From NCBI GenBank assembly GCA_032249095.1, contig JAVVGN010000010.1, forward strand, positions 1-32,000: a stretch of 32,000 bases of DNA, in the 5' to 3' direction. How positions within the stretch are numbered: the first letter of the stretch is position 1; the number at the start of each line of letters is the position of its first letter. Source of the DNA: Candidatus Caldarchaeales archaeon (GTDB lineage Archaea > Thermoproteota > Nitrososphaeria_A > Caldarchaeales > Calditenuaceae). The notes below the pieces were generated by a model. It saw only the letters and a list, made by a program, of their open reading frames with translations, was not told the DNA's origin and did no database searches. The position numbers and the translations under genes are program-made. Of the stretch, positions 8,615 to 18,409 are shown one piece after another.

Positions 8615-9652
8615 TAACACATGATTCTCGATCGGGCGTAATGGGTCCTCCATCTCACTAACAAGCCTCTCCGCCCTCCTCCTCAACTCAGCCCTCACGT
8701 CCTCCCTCATCACGTCCTCCATCATTCGTCGAAGTGAGACGGCATCTCCAGGCCATGCCACCTTCAGAAGCCCCCTCCTGGCGAGAAATCGATGGACCGC
8801 GGGGGTCTCGCCCGGGTAGAACAGGATGGTCGGCTTTCCCAGAAGTGCCGCCTCCTGAGCAATCGTTCCTCCGCCTGACAGCACCAGCAGGGCCCTCCTG
8901 ATGTATGGTATGGCGAGCACCGGCCTACGGATCAGCCTCACGCCCCTTCCAAGCCTCTTCTCTAGCTCGGCGGCTTCCCCCCGATATCTGCATAGAACTA
9001 TTACACTTCCAAAGAGTCTCTGTGCCTCACGGATAGCCCTGACACTCTCATCAAGGCCTCGCCCAAGGATGTAGGACGCCTTGTACTCCGGCACGCGCAC
9101 CAGAACATACTCATCTTCCGGCGGTTCTACTTTCGCGATCTCCTCAAGCTCTCGCGCCCTCCTGACCCATACTATAGGGTCTAGAGCCCTGTATGCCGCT
9201 ATCTGACCCCTCCGCGCACCCCACGCAAACCACTCGGCGGTAGGGATGTAGCGTGGCGTGAAGATCTTCTCCGAGAGCGGCACACAGAGCCGATTCACGG
9301 GAGAATGGGGTGTGTCGGAGGCTAGGAGGTGCGGTATCCTGATCCCAAAGCATATGCGGGCCGCCTCTACTGACCCGCTTGATATAGCTACGAGCGGAGT
9401 GCTCTTCGAGACGAGCCTGACAAGCATTCTTTGCCTCTCGGTGCTTGATGCAAGCTTGCCGACCAAGCTATCGCCACCGAAATGGCCTACCAAAACCGCT
9501 CCCAGATTTAGGAGCCTCAGTACCCAGTCTAGCTGCTCGTACCTCCGCGCCGTGACTAAGACTTTTACTCGTCTCCTTAGCCGCTCGATTAGGGGCCAGA
9601 AAAAAAGGGCCTGCTTCGGTGTCAAGATGTCAATCCAGACCGGCCTCTCCAT
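8600..9652 (-). CDS. DUF354-family protein (glycosyltransferase / UDP-GlcNAc 2-epimerase-like fold)
   Basis: N-terminus VWIDILTPKQALFFWPLIERLRRR...VLVTARRY matches the DUF354 start (iwiDi.hP.hv.fF..li..L). A C-terminal GGGT nucleotide-sugar-like motif is present (SGGGTIAQEAALLGKP). Confidence 0.65.
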   Translation of the reverse strand: MERPVWIDILTPKQALFFWPLIERLRRRVKVLVTARRYEQLDWVLRLLNLGAVLVGHFGGDSLVGKLASSTERQRMLVRLVSKSTPLVAISSGSVEAARICFGIRIPHLLASDTPHSPVNRLCVPLSEKIFTPRYIPTAEWFAWGARRGQIAAYRALDPIVWVRRARELEEIAKVEPPEDEYVLVRVPEYKASYILGRGLDESVRAIREAQRLFGSVIVLCRYRGEAAELEKRLGRGVRLIRRPVLAIPYIRRALLVLSGGGTIAQEAALLGKPTILFYPGETPAVHRFLARRGLLKVAWPGDAVSLRRMMEDVMREDVRAELRRRAERLVSEMEDPLRPIENHVLSSLD

Positions 9653-9722
9653 CAGCTTAGCACTCTACTTAGCCGGCGCGGAGTATTAGTTATATAGTTA
9701 TTCTATAGGTCTTTGTCCAGAA

Positions 9723-10709
9723 ATGTTGGAGCAGCTTATCTCGCTCACAGTCCTGTGCTTCCTTTTTTCACTACTCCTGACCCACGTTTTCTCGAGCCGC
9801 GTAAGGAGTCGGCGACTGATTGGCGTGGATGTCCATAAGCCTCATAGGCCTCTTGTCCCGAAGATCGGCGGTGTGTCCATGCTTATCTCCTACAGCGTTT
9901 GCGTCCTGACCCTCTTCGTTTGGGGGGATGGCTCGCAGCGTCTATGGATCCTGCTCTTCTCCCCACTCATAGCGGCCCTGATAGGTCTCATAGAGGATGT
10001 GAGGGAGATAAACCCGATACTTAAGCCTGTATTGCTGCTCACACCTGCACTCCCCATACTCCTATTCTCCGACTATAGCCCTTATCCGCAGCTTCCACTC
10101 GTAGGCACAGTGAGGCTGACAATCATTTACCCCGTACTCATCCTCGCAGCTTTTACAGTCATAATAAACGCCATAAACAGTGTAGACGTCCTGAACGGCT
10201 CCCTCGCATTATCCTCCATGCCCGTCCTAGTTGTCCTGACGGTGCTGTCATGGATGAGGGGGGAGGCCTTAAACGCCATAGCAGCATCTACCGCCGCCGC
10301 ATCGGTGTTGGGTTTTCTCAGGTTCAACTGGTATCCAGCGAGGATATTTGCTGGTAACTGCGGCAGCAACTTCGTAGGTGCCCTAATAACTAGTATCGCC
10401 ATAACCTCTAGGCTCGAGCTTGCTACACTCGTCGCCCTGCTCCCGCACATCCTCAACGAGTACTTCATACTTGTATCTATAGGCGGGCTGAGGTCGGGGA
10501 AAACGTTCACAACAAGACCCATAACAGTCGTGAGAGGGTTAATCGCCGCGAGCCGGGACCCTAGGGGCCCGCTAACGTTGGTTCGTCTTGCAACCTCTTC
10601 ATCCCCGATGAATGAGGCCGAGGTGTCGAAGGCGCTGGGGCTCCTCGCCGCCTACTCCTCATTCCTCGCTTTCGTCACATACCTCCTAGGAGGTGGCAGG
10701 AGTATTTGA
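9723..10709 (+). CDS. aglH: GT4-family polyprenyl/dolichyl-phosphate HexNAc-1-phosphate transferase (AglH/WecA/MraY-like)
   Basis: Polytopic membrane protein with the INAINSVDVLNG motif (N.xN.xDGxDGL-type) and IGLIEDVREI. The gene symbol is tentative. Confidence 0.65.
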   Translation: MLEQLISLTVLCFLFSLLLTHVFSSRVRSRRLIGVDVHKPHRPLVPKIGGVSMLISYSVCVLTLFVWGDGSQRLWILLFSPLIAALIGLIEDVREINPILKPVLLLTPALPILLFSDYSPYPQLPLVGTVRLTIIYPVLILAAFTVIINAINSVDVLNGSLALSSMPVLVVLTVLSWMRGEALNAIAASTAAASVLGFLRFNWYPARIFAGNCGSNFVGALITSIAITSRLELATLVALLPHILNEYFILVSIGGLRSGKTFTTRPITVVRGLIAASRDPRGPLTLVRLATSSSPMNEAEVSKALGLLAAYSSFLAFVTYLLGGGRSI

Positions 10710-10954
10710 GAACGCTGCCTGTAATGCTGCTCCTCATAACTGTCTCGTGGATCTCGCTGCTAGCTGTGTTGGCGGCTATCTCGGCGATTATACTTCCCCT
10801 GGTGAGCGGGGTGGAGGCTAGGCTCCTGGCAAGCGTTCTCAGGTTACTCCTATCTCTGGCGCTTTTTGCTACTTGGCTCGCATGGATCTTCGAACTCGCT
10901 AGATACTCCCTTATCAGGCTCTCAAGGGAGGCTGGTAAGGGTGAGCAGCGGTAA
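10706..10954 (+). CDS. Small two-to-three-helix membrane protein
   Basis: 82 aa, hydrophobic, with a 4-nt start/stop overlap with the preceding GT4 gene. Confidence 0.45.
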   Translation: MRTLPVMLLLITVSWISLLAVLAAISAIILPLVSGVEARLLASVLRLLLSLALFATWLAWIFELARYSLIRLSREAGKGEQR

Positions 10955-12032
10955 ACCGGTCTCCTTAATCGACATAGACTCCTCAGGCATCCGCATCCTT
11001 CTCCGGCTAATCAGAGGTGGGGTCAACGTAGTTTACTGCCCGTTCATCCCAATCGGGGGCTTTAGACGCGCGCGGGTTGGCCCCAGGACCAAGAGGGCGT
11101 TACTCACAGCCATCAACGAGGGCTTACTCGCTGAGGGTCATTATAAAGCGGAGATCGCTAGGCACGACGTCGTGCTAGTCTCCTATGCGGGCATGCTTAG
11201 AGAGCAGGTCGACGCCCGGGACGTTACCTACCTATACGAGCTCATGCGGCGGAGAGGGAGGGAGGGGGCGCATGTAATCCACGTCGGGCTGCATAGGTTA
11301 GGTCAGATGGACAGATTTCTTGAGGTGCTTAGGCCCGCGGAGAAGGGCATGAGCGCGTACTTCGTCCCATACCCCCCGCTTATGCGGCGTATTCTTCCGG
11401 TGGCAGGCCCCGACATAGGGCACGAGGTAAGGCGCGTTATGACGATACTCGCGGGACGGGCACAGATCCTCCCAAGGTTGTCATATCTCGAGGCAGAGGC
11501 CATAGCACTCCTAACGATCCTCGCAAGGGCTGCGGATTACGCCTCGATAGTTGAGCTTGCACAGATGCTAATTAGAGGGTATGGTGTGGCGTTTTCCAAA
11601 AGGACGCGGGGAGTGTTGAGGAGTATAGGCGGGACTAGGTGGATCTTGTTTGACAGGCTGGTGAGGGACCTGCTGAGCGACTTAGAAGCCAGGGAGCTTG
11701 GCAGGACGCTCCTCGCAAGGGCGGCATGCAGGCTTTATGACGATGTCCCCAAGCTCCTCAACCTTCTCATGAGGCCCGAAGTTTTGGGGAGACATGTGAG
11801 GAGCGTCCTCGTCATAGGGCCGAGGCCCGCCTTTATAGAAGCCCTGAAGAACAAATACGTCGTCAAGCACGTGACGGCGGGAGAGTTTCTGGAGAAGGGT
11901 GTAAAGCAGTCTGTTGACCTCGTAATATTGACGTCCAGTAGCACGAGGGTCAGCGAGGCCATCAAGTCCTCTGTTTTGGCTAATAGCATAGTACTGGATC
12001 TTAACACTTTTAGCCTGATTAGTGGTGATTAG
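10941..12032 (+). CDS. Hypothetical protein within the glycan cluster
   Basis: Long ORF with normal composition. I prefer the GTG at 10941, which overlaps the upstream gene by 14 nt, over the track start at 10866. The layout vaguely recalls nucleotide-sugar dehydrogenases, but the Gly-rich NAD motif is absent. Confidence 0.5.
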   Translation: MSSGKPVSLIDIDSSGIRILLRLIRGGVNVVYCPFIPIGGFRRARVGPRTKRALLTAINEGLLAEGHYKAEIARHDVVLVSYAGMLREQVDARDVTYLYELMRRRGREGAHVIHVGLHRLGQMDRFLEVLRPAEKGMSAYFVPYPPLMRRILPVAGPDIGHEVRRVMTILAGRAQILPRLSYLEAEAIALLTILARAADYASIVELAQMLIRGYGVAFSKRTRGVLRSIGGTRWILFDRLVRDLLSDLEARELGRTLLARAACRLYDDVPKLLNLLMRPEVLGRHVRSVLVIGPRPAFIEALKNKYVVKHVTAGEFLEKGVKQSVDLVILTSSSTRVSEAIKSSVLANSIVLDLNTFSLISGD

Positions 12033-12037
12033 GTGTT

Positions 12038-13042
12038 ATGCCGGTAGAGGATGATGGGCTGAGAGTTGCCGTGATTGGGGCCGGGTTCTGGGGAAGAAAC
12101 CATGCCCGCGTAATCTCAGAGATGGAGGGGTGCAGGCTCTTCGCGGTGGTGGACGTGGACCTTGAGAGGGCTTCGGCGGTCGCGAAGCGATACGGTGTTG
12201 CCAGGGTGTACAAGGACTATAGGGAGCTGGTCGCGAGAGAGAAGATAGACCTGGCTACGATATGCACTCCCTCGGTGACGCATGCACCCATAGCGCGCGA
12301 CCTGCTCGAGAGTGGTATCCCGGTGCTCGTGGAGAAGCCCATGGCCGTCAATCTTGAGGAGGCAATCGGGCTCGCAGATACCGCTAAGACTTCTGGCGTG
12401 CCTGTGATGGTGGGTTTTATTGAGAGGTTTAACCCGGCGGTTCAGTACGTCCTCTCAGCCCTTAGAGACAACATGATCGGCACTCCCCTCACGATAGCCG
12501 CTAGGCGGATTGGGCCGTGGCCAGAGAGGATAGGCGACGTCGGTGTTGTGAAGGACGTGGCCATCCATGATGTCGACCTGACCTACTATTTCTTCCAGGA
12601 GCCTCCTCTCCATCTATACGCCTCGGGCGGCGCCCTGAGGCACAGCTATGAGGACTACATGATGGCTCTTATTTCCTATGAGGGTGGGAAGTCCGCCTCC
12701 CTTGAGGCTAACTGGCTGTCATCCAAGAAGAAGCGGGACATGAGGATTACGGGGACTGATGGCGTCATAAGCATAGAGTTCCTGACTGGCGAGGTCCTGA
12801 TTGAGAAGCCCGACTACACCATAAGCCCGACCATAAAGTATGTCGAGCCCCTGAAGAACGAGCTAACATACTTCGTCGAGACGGTGACTAAGGGTATGGA
12901 TCCGGCCCCCGGAGTGCGGGAGGGCCTGTTATCACTCGCCCTCGCCGAGTTGATCCTCCTCTCCATAAAGACTCGGAAAAGCATCAGCGTCCAAGAGGTC
13001 ATAGATGAGTGGGGAATAGGGCCGTATCTGCGGCGCGACTAA
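12038..13042 (+). CDS. Gfo/Idh/MocA-family NAD(P)-dependent oxidoreductase
   Basis: RVAVIGAGFWGRNHARV Rossmann start, EKPMA motif, and a C-terminal alpha/beta domain. Confidence 0.8.
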   Translation: MPVEDDGLRVAVIGAGFWGRNHARVISEMEGCRLFAVVDVDLERASAVAKRYGVARVYKDYRELVAREKIDLATICTPSVTHAPIARDLLESGIPVLVEKPMAVNLEEAIGLADTAKTSGVPVMVGFIERFNPAVQYVLSALRDNMIGTPLTIAARRIGPWPERIGDVGVVKDVAIHDVDLTYYFFQEPPLHLYASGGALRHSYEDYMMALISYEGGKSASLEANWLSSKKKRDMRITGTDGVISIEFLTGEVLIEKPDYTISPTIKYVEPLKNELTYFVETVTKGMDPAPGVREGLLSLALAELILLSIKTRKSISVQEVIDEWGIGPYLRRD

Positions 13043-13132
13043 GGTTATTCCCTCCCGGCCTTCTGGGTTTCTCTAATGTCAGGCTGGAGAAAAACCAACC
13101 CCTCTTCTCACATTTACATGCGTGTTTAGGCC

Positions 13133-13168
13133 TCTCTCGCGCGCTTTATAGGCAACCCGCGCGAGAGA
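13133..13168. promoter_or_regulatory. Perfect 11-bp inverted repeat bracketing the mtnA TATA box (candidate operator)
   Basis: tctctcgcgcg (13133-13143) and cgcgcgagaga (13158-13168) flank a 14-nt spacer, ctttataggcaacc, that contains TTTATA (13145-13150). The TTG start at 13178 lies about 28 nt downstream of the TATA. Confidence 0.45.
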
Positions 13169-13177
13169 TTCTGAAGG

Positions 13178-14221
13178 TTGCAAGAGCCTAAGACACTGTA
13201 CTGGGAGGGAGACGCTCTCTACATTTTAGACCAGAGGCTCCTGCCACATAGAGAGAAGTATCTGAGGTGCACCAGCTACCGTCAGGTTGCGCGTGCCATC
13301 AAGGATATGGCGGTGCGGGGAGCCCCAGCAATAGGCGTGGCGGCGGCCTACGGCCTCGTCCTCGCGGCACGGGGTGGCGCAAAACCGGAGAAGACTCTTA
13401 AAAAGTTGAGAATGGCTGCGGAGGCGCTAAGATCGACAAGGCCCACCGCGGTTAACCTGTTCTGGGCTATTGACCGGATGGTCTCGGTGGCGGATAGGGC
13501 TGTCTCAGAAGGGCTAGATCTGTATCAGGCTCTCTTACAAGAAGCTAACAGACTCATGGAGCAGGATGTCGAGACAAATAAGAGGATAGGTGAGTATGGG
13601 GCGCGGCTGATCCCGGACGGAGCCACTGTCATGACATACTGTAACGCCGGGGCTCTGGCCACTGCCGGCTATGGGACTGCGATAGGGGTGATTAGGGCCG
13701 CAGTAGAGAGTGGGAAAAAGTTGAGCGTCCTCGTGCCGGAGACCAGGCCGAGACTACAGGGGGCACGCCTCACCGCTTTCGAGCTGAGTCGGCTGGGAAT
13801 ACCATATCGAATAATAACCGACAACATGGCTGCGATGCTGATGAGCCGGGGACAGGTCTCTTGCATAGTTGTTGGTGCAGACAGGGTACTAGCGAGGACA
13901 GGCCACGTGATCAACAAGATAGGTACGCTCTCGCTGGCCATATCCGCCAGATACTTTAACGTGCCTCTATACGTTGCGGCTCCCCTCTCGAGCATAGATT
14001 TTGAGAATACACTGGAGACGGTGAAGATCGAGGAGAGAGGCGAGGAGGAGGTCCTCCGTGTGGCTGGGAAGCTCGTCGCTCCAAAGGGCGCGCGGGCGGT
14101 AAACCTCGCCTTTGACATTACGCCACCCGAGCTAGTGACGTCCATTATAACGGAGTGGGGTGTCTATGAGCCCGCAGGCCTCGCTTCTCTCCGACGTTAC
14201 TCCACAACTCAGCTAGTTTGA
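13178..14221 (+). CDS. mtnA: S-methyl-5-thioribose-1-phosphate isomerase / aIF-2B-related family
   Basis: LYILDQRLLPH...VRGAPAIGVAAAYG, TRPTAVNLFWA, NAGALAT, ETRPRLQGARLTA, VGADRV. Confidence 0.85.
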   Translation: MQEPKTLYWEGDALYILDQRLLPHREKYLRCTSYRQVARAIKDMAVRGAPAIGVAAAYGLVLAARGGAKPEKTLKKLRMAAEALRSTRPTAVNLFWAIDRMVSVADRAVSEGLDLYQALLQEANRLMEQDVETNKRIGEYGARLIPDGATVMTYCNAGALATAGYGTAIGVIRAAVESGKKLSVLVPETRPRLQGARLTAFELSRLGIPYRIITDNMAAMLMSRGQVSCIVVGADRVLARTGHVINKIGTLSLAISARYFNVPLYVAAPLSSIDFENTLETVKIEERGEEEVLRVAGKLVAPKGARAVNLAFDITPPELVTSIITEWGVYEPAGLASLRRYSTTQLV

Positions 14222-15457
14222 TGGCGAGACCTGCTGGGAGCGCATTATGGCTTGGTGTGGTAAATAGACCTCAACCCTGCCACGGCTCAGGCTCTTTATC
14301 TGCTCGGTACATGTCTCGCTATAGGAGAGCACTTTCCCAGCGAGTCTCTCGACCAGTCGACTACCTATCTCGACGCTCAGGCGCCTATTCTTCCTAAGCA
14401 TCCCCCATGTTCCCCCGGACCCACAGCACTCAGTCCTCACACCTTCAATCCGCGCGCCCAGCGTCTCTAGAAGAGCCCTCACCTTCTCAGTCAGCCCTAG
14501 GTGTTGCGAGAGGCAGGATGAATGGAGGGTGTAGGATCCCTTGACTCTGAGGCCTGTGAGTCTTCCGTTCGAGACCAGTTCGTAGAGTAGCTCGTTGATG
14601 TCGATGACTGCCTCCGAGACCCTCTCGGACTTCTCGCTGGGTAGGATGCGCGGGTAGATCTCCCTGAGCATCATGGTTGAGGCGGGAGATGTGCAGACTA
14701 TCCGTCTCCCCCTGAGGGCCTCCTGATAGAGGCTCTCAACGTTGGCTGATGCGAGGACCTTAAGTCTGTCCCAGAGGCCTAGTTCGAATTGGATGACTCC
14801 GGAGCCCCTCTGTTTCGGCATATACAGCTCGATGCCAGCCATGTTTAGCAGCCTCCTAGCATCGAGCCCTATGCTCGGACTCAGATACCTCGCATACGTG
14901 TCAGCAAAGTAGGCGTACAGCTCGTATCCCACGGTCTTGAGGCCTGATAAATGTTGGTCGAGGCTTCTGGACTCGGGAGTGGGGATCGGCGCGTCCCTAG
15001 AGAGGCCGAAGAAGTCTTTCAGCAGACCTAGGGAGACCCTGTTGAGGAGTATCCTCCTAAGGACTGGGGAGCCGCCGACGGTTTCGGCAAGATCGTCAAA
15101 CCCAGCCAATAGCCTCTCGGCCCACCCCACACTGCCGCCGAGGTATGCTTTGTATGCCGCGCGGAAGCCCGCGTTCACGTGGGGGATTGGGATTCCGGCT
15201 GGACAAACCTTAACACACCTCATGCATCCAATGCAGAGATCTATCAGCTCCTTCAGCTTGGGGGAGAAGGGGTCTGGCCTGCCAATCGAGAGGGCTGATT
15301 GAAGCATCACGAGCCTCCCCCTTGAGGTCCGGGATGGGGAGTAGCCTATGCTGGTCAGAGTCGTGGGGCAGACGGAGTTGCAGAAGCCGCACCTGATACA
15401 TCTTTCAGCCTCGTCGGCGTAGACACCCATCAGACGCCTCAGGGCCTCCGCAGACAA
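14213..15457 (-). CDS. Fe-S oxidoreductase of the GlcF/GlpC/HdrD type (two 4Fe-4S motifs plus CCG domains)
   Basis: CIRCGFCNSVCP and CIGCMRCVKVCP ferredoxin motifs, and a C-terminal ECCGSGG cysteine-rich CCG motif. Confidence 0.75.
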   Translation of the reverse strand: MSAEALRRLMGVYADEAERCIRCGFCNSVCPTTLTSIGYSPSRTSRGRLVMLQSALSIGRPDPFSPKLKELIDLCIGCMRCVKVCPAGIPIPHVNAGFRAAYKAYLGGSVGWAERLLAGFDDLAETVGGSPVLRRILLNRVSLGLLKDFFGLSRDAPIPTPESRSLDQHLSGLKTVGYELYAYFADTYARYLSPSIGLDARRLLNMAGIELYMPKQRGSGVIQFELGLWDRLKVLASANVESLYQEALRGRRIVCTSPASTMMLREIYPRILPSEKSERVSEAVIDINELLYELVSNGRLTGLRVKGSYTLHSSCLSQHLGLTEKVRALLETLGARIEGVRTECCGSGGTWGMLRKNRRLSVEIGSRLVERLAGKVLSYSETCTEQIKSLSRGRVEVYLPHQAIMRSQQVSPSN

Positions 15458-15602
15458 GCCGATCGGCTCTTAAGACGAGGCGCTCCGCTAAAAAGTCTTC
15501 AAAGCTCCCAAAGATCGGCGCGTGGTGGTCGGGAGGCCCTTCCGGCGGGCGACTCAGGTTTATAACTCCGGTCAGCGACATTGTTTACAAGCCGAGGCTG
15601 TC

Positions 15603-16604
15603 ATGGGTCACAGAAAGTTCTCCGCGCCACGTAGAGGCTCGCTCGCATTCTCTCCGCGGAAGCGGGCGGGGGGCATCTTCCCTAGGGTCCGCTACTGGCC
15701 TAGCCGCGCCGAGGCTCCTCGCCTCCTAGGTTTCATGGGATACAAGGTGGGGATGGTGACAGTCCACGCTGTTGACGACATACCTGGGTCGCCGACTCAG
15801 GGTACCGTTGTTGCTATGGGTGGGACCGTCGTTGCCACTCCCCCCATGACGGTAATTGGGGTCGCGGTCTATAAGAGGGAGAATGGCGCGCTCGTGGAGG
15901 CCGCGAGGCACATAACCAAAGAGCTCCCCAGAGAAGTTGCCGATAGGTTGAGGGGCGTGTCGGCCACCCACATAGGGCTCGACGAGTTGCGCGCCAAGCT
16001 GCAAGACAACCATCAAGTGAGAGCGGTCGTCGCCTCGGTTCCTAGGGACGCTGGCCTATCCCAGAAGAAGCCACACATATTGACTATACCAGTCTCAGGC
16101 TCTCCTGAAGAAGCCTTCAACTACGTTGTCTCTAAGCTTGGTAAGAAGGTTGGCGTCGAGGAGGTTTTCACGGCCGGATCGTTTATCGATGTTGTGGGTG
16201 TGACGCGCGGCCAAGGCTTTCAGGGGGTTGTGAAGAGGTTCGGCGTTAAGATTCTTCCGAGGAAGCAGAGGAAGACGAGGCGGGCTGTAGGTGCGATTGG
16301 CGGCAGGAGCCCCAAGTATGTCACGAGGTTTGTTCCGAGGGCTGGCCAGATGGGCTTCCACTACAGGACAGAGTACAACAAAAGAATCATAGCGCTTTGG
16401 AATGACGGCAATGTCCCCTCTCCCAAAGGTGGCTATGTGAGGGCTACTGTCCCCAAGTGCCCCGCCGTGCTTGTAAGCGGGTCTGTGATGGGGACACCCA
16501 AGAGGCCAGTTATTCTTAGGACGCCTGCGAGACCACCCAATTACTCTCTTGGAGCCCCCAAGATCAGCCTTATAGCCTACGCGGGGGAGGTTCTCGCAGC
16601 ATGA
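15603..16604 (+). CDS. rpl3: 50S ribosomal protein uL3
   Basis: MGHRKFSAPRRGSLAFSPRKRA... and FQGVVKRFG. The ATG at 15603 is preferred over the upstream track start, and gtttataac lies about 40 nt upstream. Confidence 0.95.
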   Translation: MGHRKFSAPRRGSLAFSPRKRAGGIFPRVRYWPSRAEAPRLLGFMGYKVGMVTVHAVDDIPGSPTQGTVVAMGGTVVATPPMTVIGVAVYKRENGALVEAARHITKELPREVADRLRGVSATHIGLDELRAKLQDNHQVRAVVASVPRDAGLSQKKPHILTIPVSGSPEEAFNYVVSKLGKKVGVEEVFTAGSFIDVVGVTRGQGFQGVVKRFGVKILPRKQRKTRRAVGAIGGRSPKYVTRFVPRAGQMGFHYRTEYNKRIIALWNDGNVPSPKGGYVRATVPKCPAVLVSGSVMGTPKRPVILRTPARPPNYSLGAPKISLIAYAGEVLAA

Positions 16605-17437
16605 CGGTCGCGGGGCTTGCTCTAAAGGGCCCGGTAAGGACCGTGCCCATTAGGAGTCTCGACGGCTCCGAGGTCGCTGAGGTGGGGCTGCCGCGCTTCT
16701 TCTCGGCTCCACTCCGGGCAGACCTAGTTAGGCGCGTGTATCTCGCGCTCCTCTCTCACCAGTTTCAGCCTAAGGGGGCTTGGAAAGGCTCAGGACACAA
16801 ATACTCGGTCGAGTCTTGGGGGCCCGGCTATGGAATAGCTAGGATAGCGAGGATCAAGGCTGAAGGGACGGGTAAGGCTAGGAGCGGAGGGTTTGTGCCC
16901 ACGGCAGTTGGCGGAAGACCCACCCATCCTCCGACGCCAGAGAAGAAGATCCATGAGCGGGTCAATGAGAAGGAGAAGAGGGCGGCCCTAATCTCCGCCA
17001 TAGCCTTCACCGCGAGCACCGAGCACGTAAGGATACGCGGACACCGCATACCCCAGAACCTCCCCCTACCCATAGTAGTCAGCGACGAGCTTCAGTCCGT
17101 CAAAAAAACCACGGAGCTCGAGGAGATTCTTAGGAGACTCGGCCTTCAAGAGGAGATTGAACGGTGCGCTGACGTAAAGATCCGTGCGGGCAAAGGAAAG
17201 ATGCGGGGCAGGAGGAAGAAAGGGAGAAGAGGGGTCCTGATAGTTGTTGCGAAGGACGAGGGTGTGTCGAGGGCTTGTAGAAATATCCCCGGCGTCGAGA
17301 CTGTTCTTGCAAAGGATCTCGGCGTACTGCAGCTAGCTCCTGGCGGTCATCCCGGCAGGCTGACCATTTATACGGTTGGGGCTATAGCGGAGTTGAGTAA
17401 GAGGTTGATGATGGATGGATCCGCAGAAGGTAATTAA
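16601..17437 (+). CDS. rpl4: 50S ribosomal protein uL4
   Basis: ATGA overlap with rpl3. Contains [15 protein letters not shown] and [12 protein letters not shown]. Confidence 0.95.
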   Translation: MTVAGLALKGPVRTVPIRSLDGSEVAEVGLPRFFSAPLRADLVRRVYLALLSHQFQPKGAWKGSGHKYSVESWGPGYGIARIARIKAEGTGKARSGGFVPTAVGGRPTHPPTPEKKIHERVNEKEKRAALISAIAFTASTEHVRIRGHRIPQNLPLPIVVSDELQSVKKTTELEEILRRLGLQEEIERCADVKIRAGKGKMRGRRKKGRRGVLIVVAKDEGVSRACRNIPGVETVLAKDLGVLQLAPGGHPGRLTIYTVGAIAELSKRLMMDGSAEGN

Positions 17438-17675
17438 AGTCATAGTCGTGACCCAGGACGCGGTCTCCCTCATCGAGAGGGAGAACAAGCTGACCTTTTT
17501 AGTTGACCTGAACGCTACTAAGCGGGATGTTAAGAACGCTGTCGAGGCACTGTATGGTGTGAAGGTGGCTAAAGTTAACACGCTCATAACTCCGAGTGGC
17601 GAGAAGAAAGCCTACGTGAAGCTCTCTCCAGAGTACAAAGCCTCGCAAGTCGCGACGAGGCTCGGAATATTCTAG
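17415..17675 (+). CDS. rpl23: 50S ribosomal protein uL23
   Basis: 86 aa, [34 protein letters not shown]. Confidence 0.95.
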   Translation: MDPQKVIKVIVVTQDAVSLIERENKLTFLVDLNATKRDVKNAVEALYGVKVAKVNTLITPSGEKKAYVKLSPEYKASQVATRLGIF

Positions 17676-17686
17676 GGGGGTTATGG

Positions 17687-18403
17687 ATGCCTAGGAGGAT
17701 CCGTGCTCAGAGGATTGGCAGAGGCTCGCCAACCTACGTAGCCAGTATTCAGCGCCGTATCGAGGTGGGGATACCTCCAGACATACCGCGTGACGGAGAA
17801 CTACTTTATGGCCATGTTAGAGACATACACCACGATCCTGGCAGGGGCGCGCCGGTCGCCGAGATCGAGGTTGATGGCATGCAGTTCTACATTCCCGCTG
17901 TTGAGGGAATGTACGTCGGGCAGAGGATCCAGATAGGCGGGAAGGCGGATGTCGCTGTGGGAAATATATTGCCACTTTCCGCCCTGCCGGAGGGGTCCAC
18001 GATCTCGGTGGTGGAGCTCAAGCCCGGCGACGGGGGGACACTCGCGAGGTCTTCGGGAACCTCTTGCGTCCTCGTCTCGCATGTCGGTGATAGGGCTATC
18101 GTTAGGCTCCCCTCAAAAAAGCTGGTGGAGCTGAGCGGTAAGTGCTTGGCTGTTGTGGGAGTAGTGGCGGGTGGTGGGAGGACCGATAAGCCGATGCTTA
18201 AGGCGGGGAAGAAGTTTTACTTGATGAAGGCGAGGCACAGACCCTACCCGAGGGTCAGGGGGGTCGCGATGGTGCCGGCTAGGCACCCATTCGGAGGCGG
18301 AAGCCACAAAAGGATCGGACGGCCCGAGACCGTTAAGAGGACCGCGCCACCCGGGAGAAAGGTCGGCCTAATAGCGGCTAGGCGGACAGGCAGGAAGAAA
18401 TAG
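17687..18403 (+). CDS. rpl2: 50S ribosomal protein uL2
   Basis: GGGRTDKPMLKAGKKFY and VRGVAMVPARHPFGGG, with a gggggg Shine-Dalgarno-like run 6 nt upstream. Confidence 0.95.
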   Translation: MPRRIRAQRIGRGSPTYVASIQRRIEVGIPPDIPRDGELLYGHVRDIHHDPGRGAPVAEIEVDGMQFYIPAVEGMYVGQRIQIGGKADVAVGNILPLSALPEGSTISVVELKPGDGGTLARSSGTSCVLVSHVGDRAIVRLPSKKLVELSGKCLAVVGVVAGGGRTDKPMLKAGKKFYLMKARHRPYPRVRGVAMVPARHPFGGGSHKRIGRPETVKRTAPPGRKVGLIAARRTGRKK

Positions 18404-18409
18404 GCACCA

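Noticed and set aside
15522-15602. N-terminal extension of uL3 from GTG 15522
   Set aside because: uL3 proteins begin MGHRK..., and a TATA-like gtttataac sits inside the putative extension.
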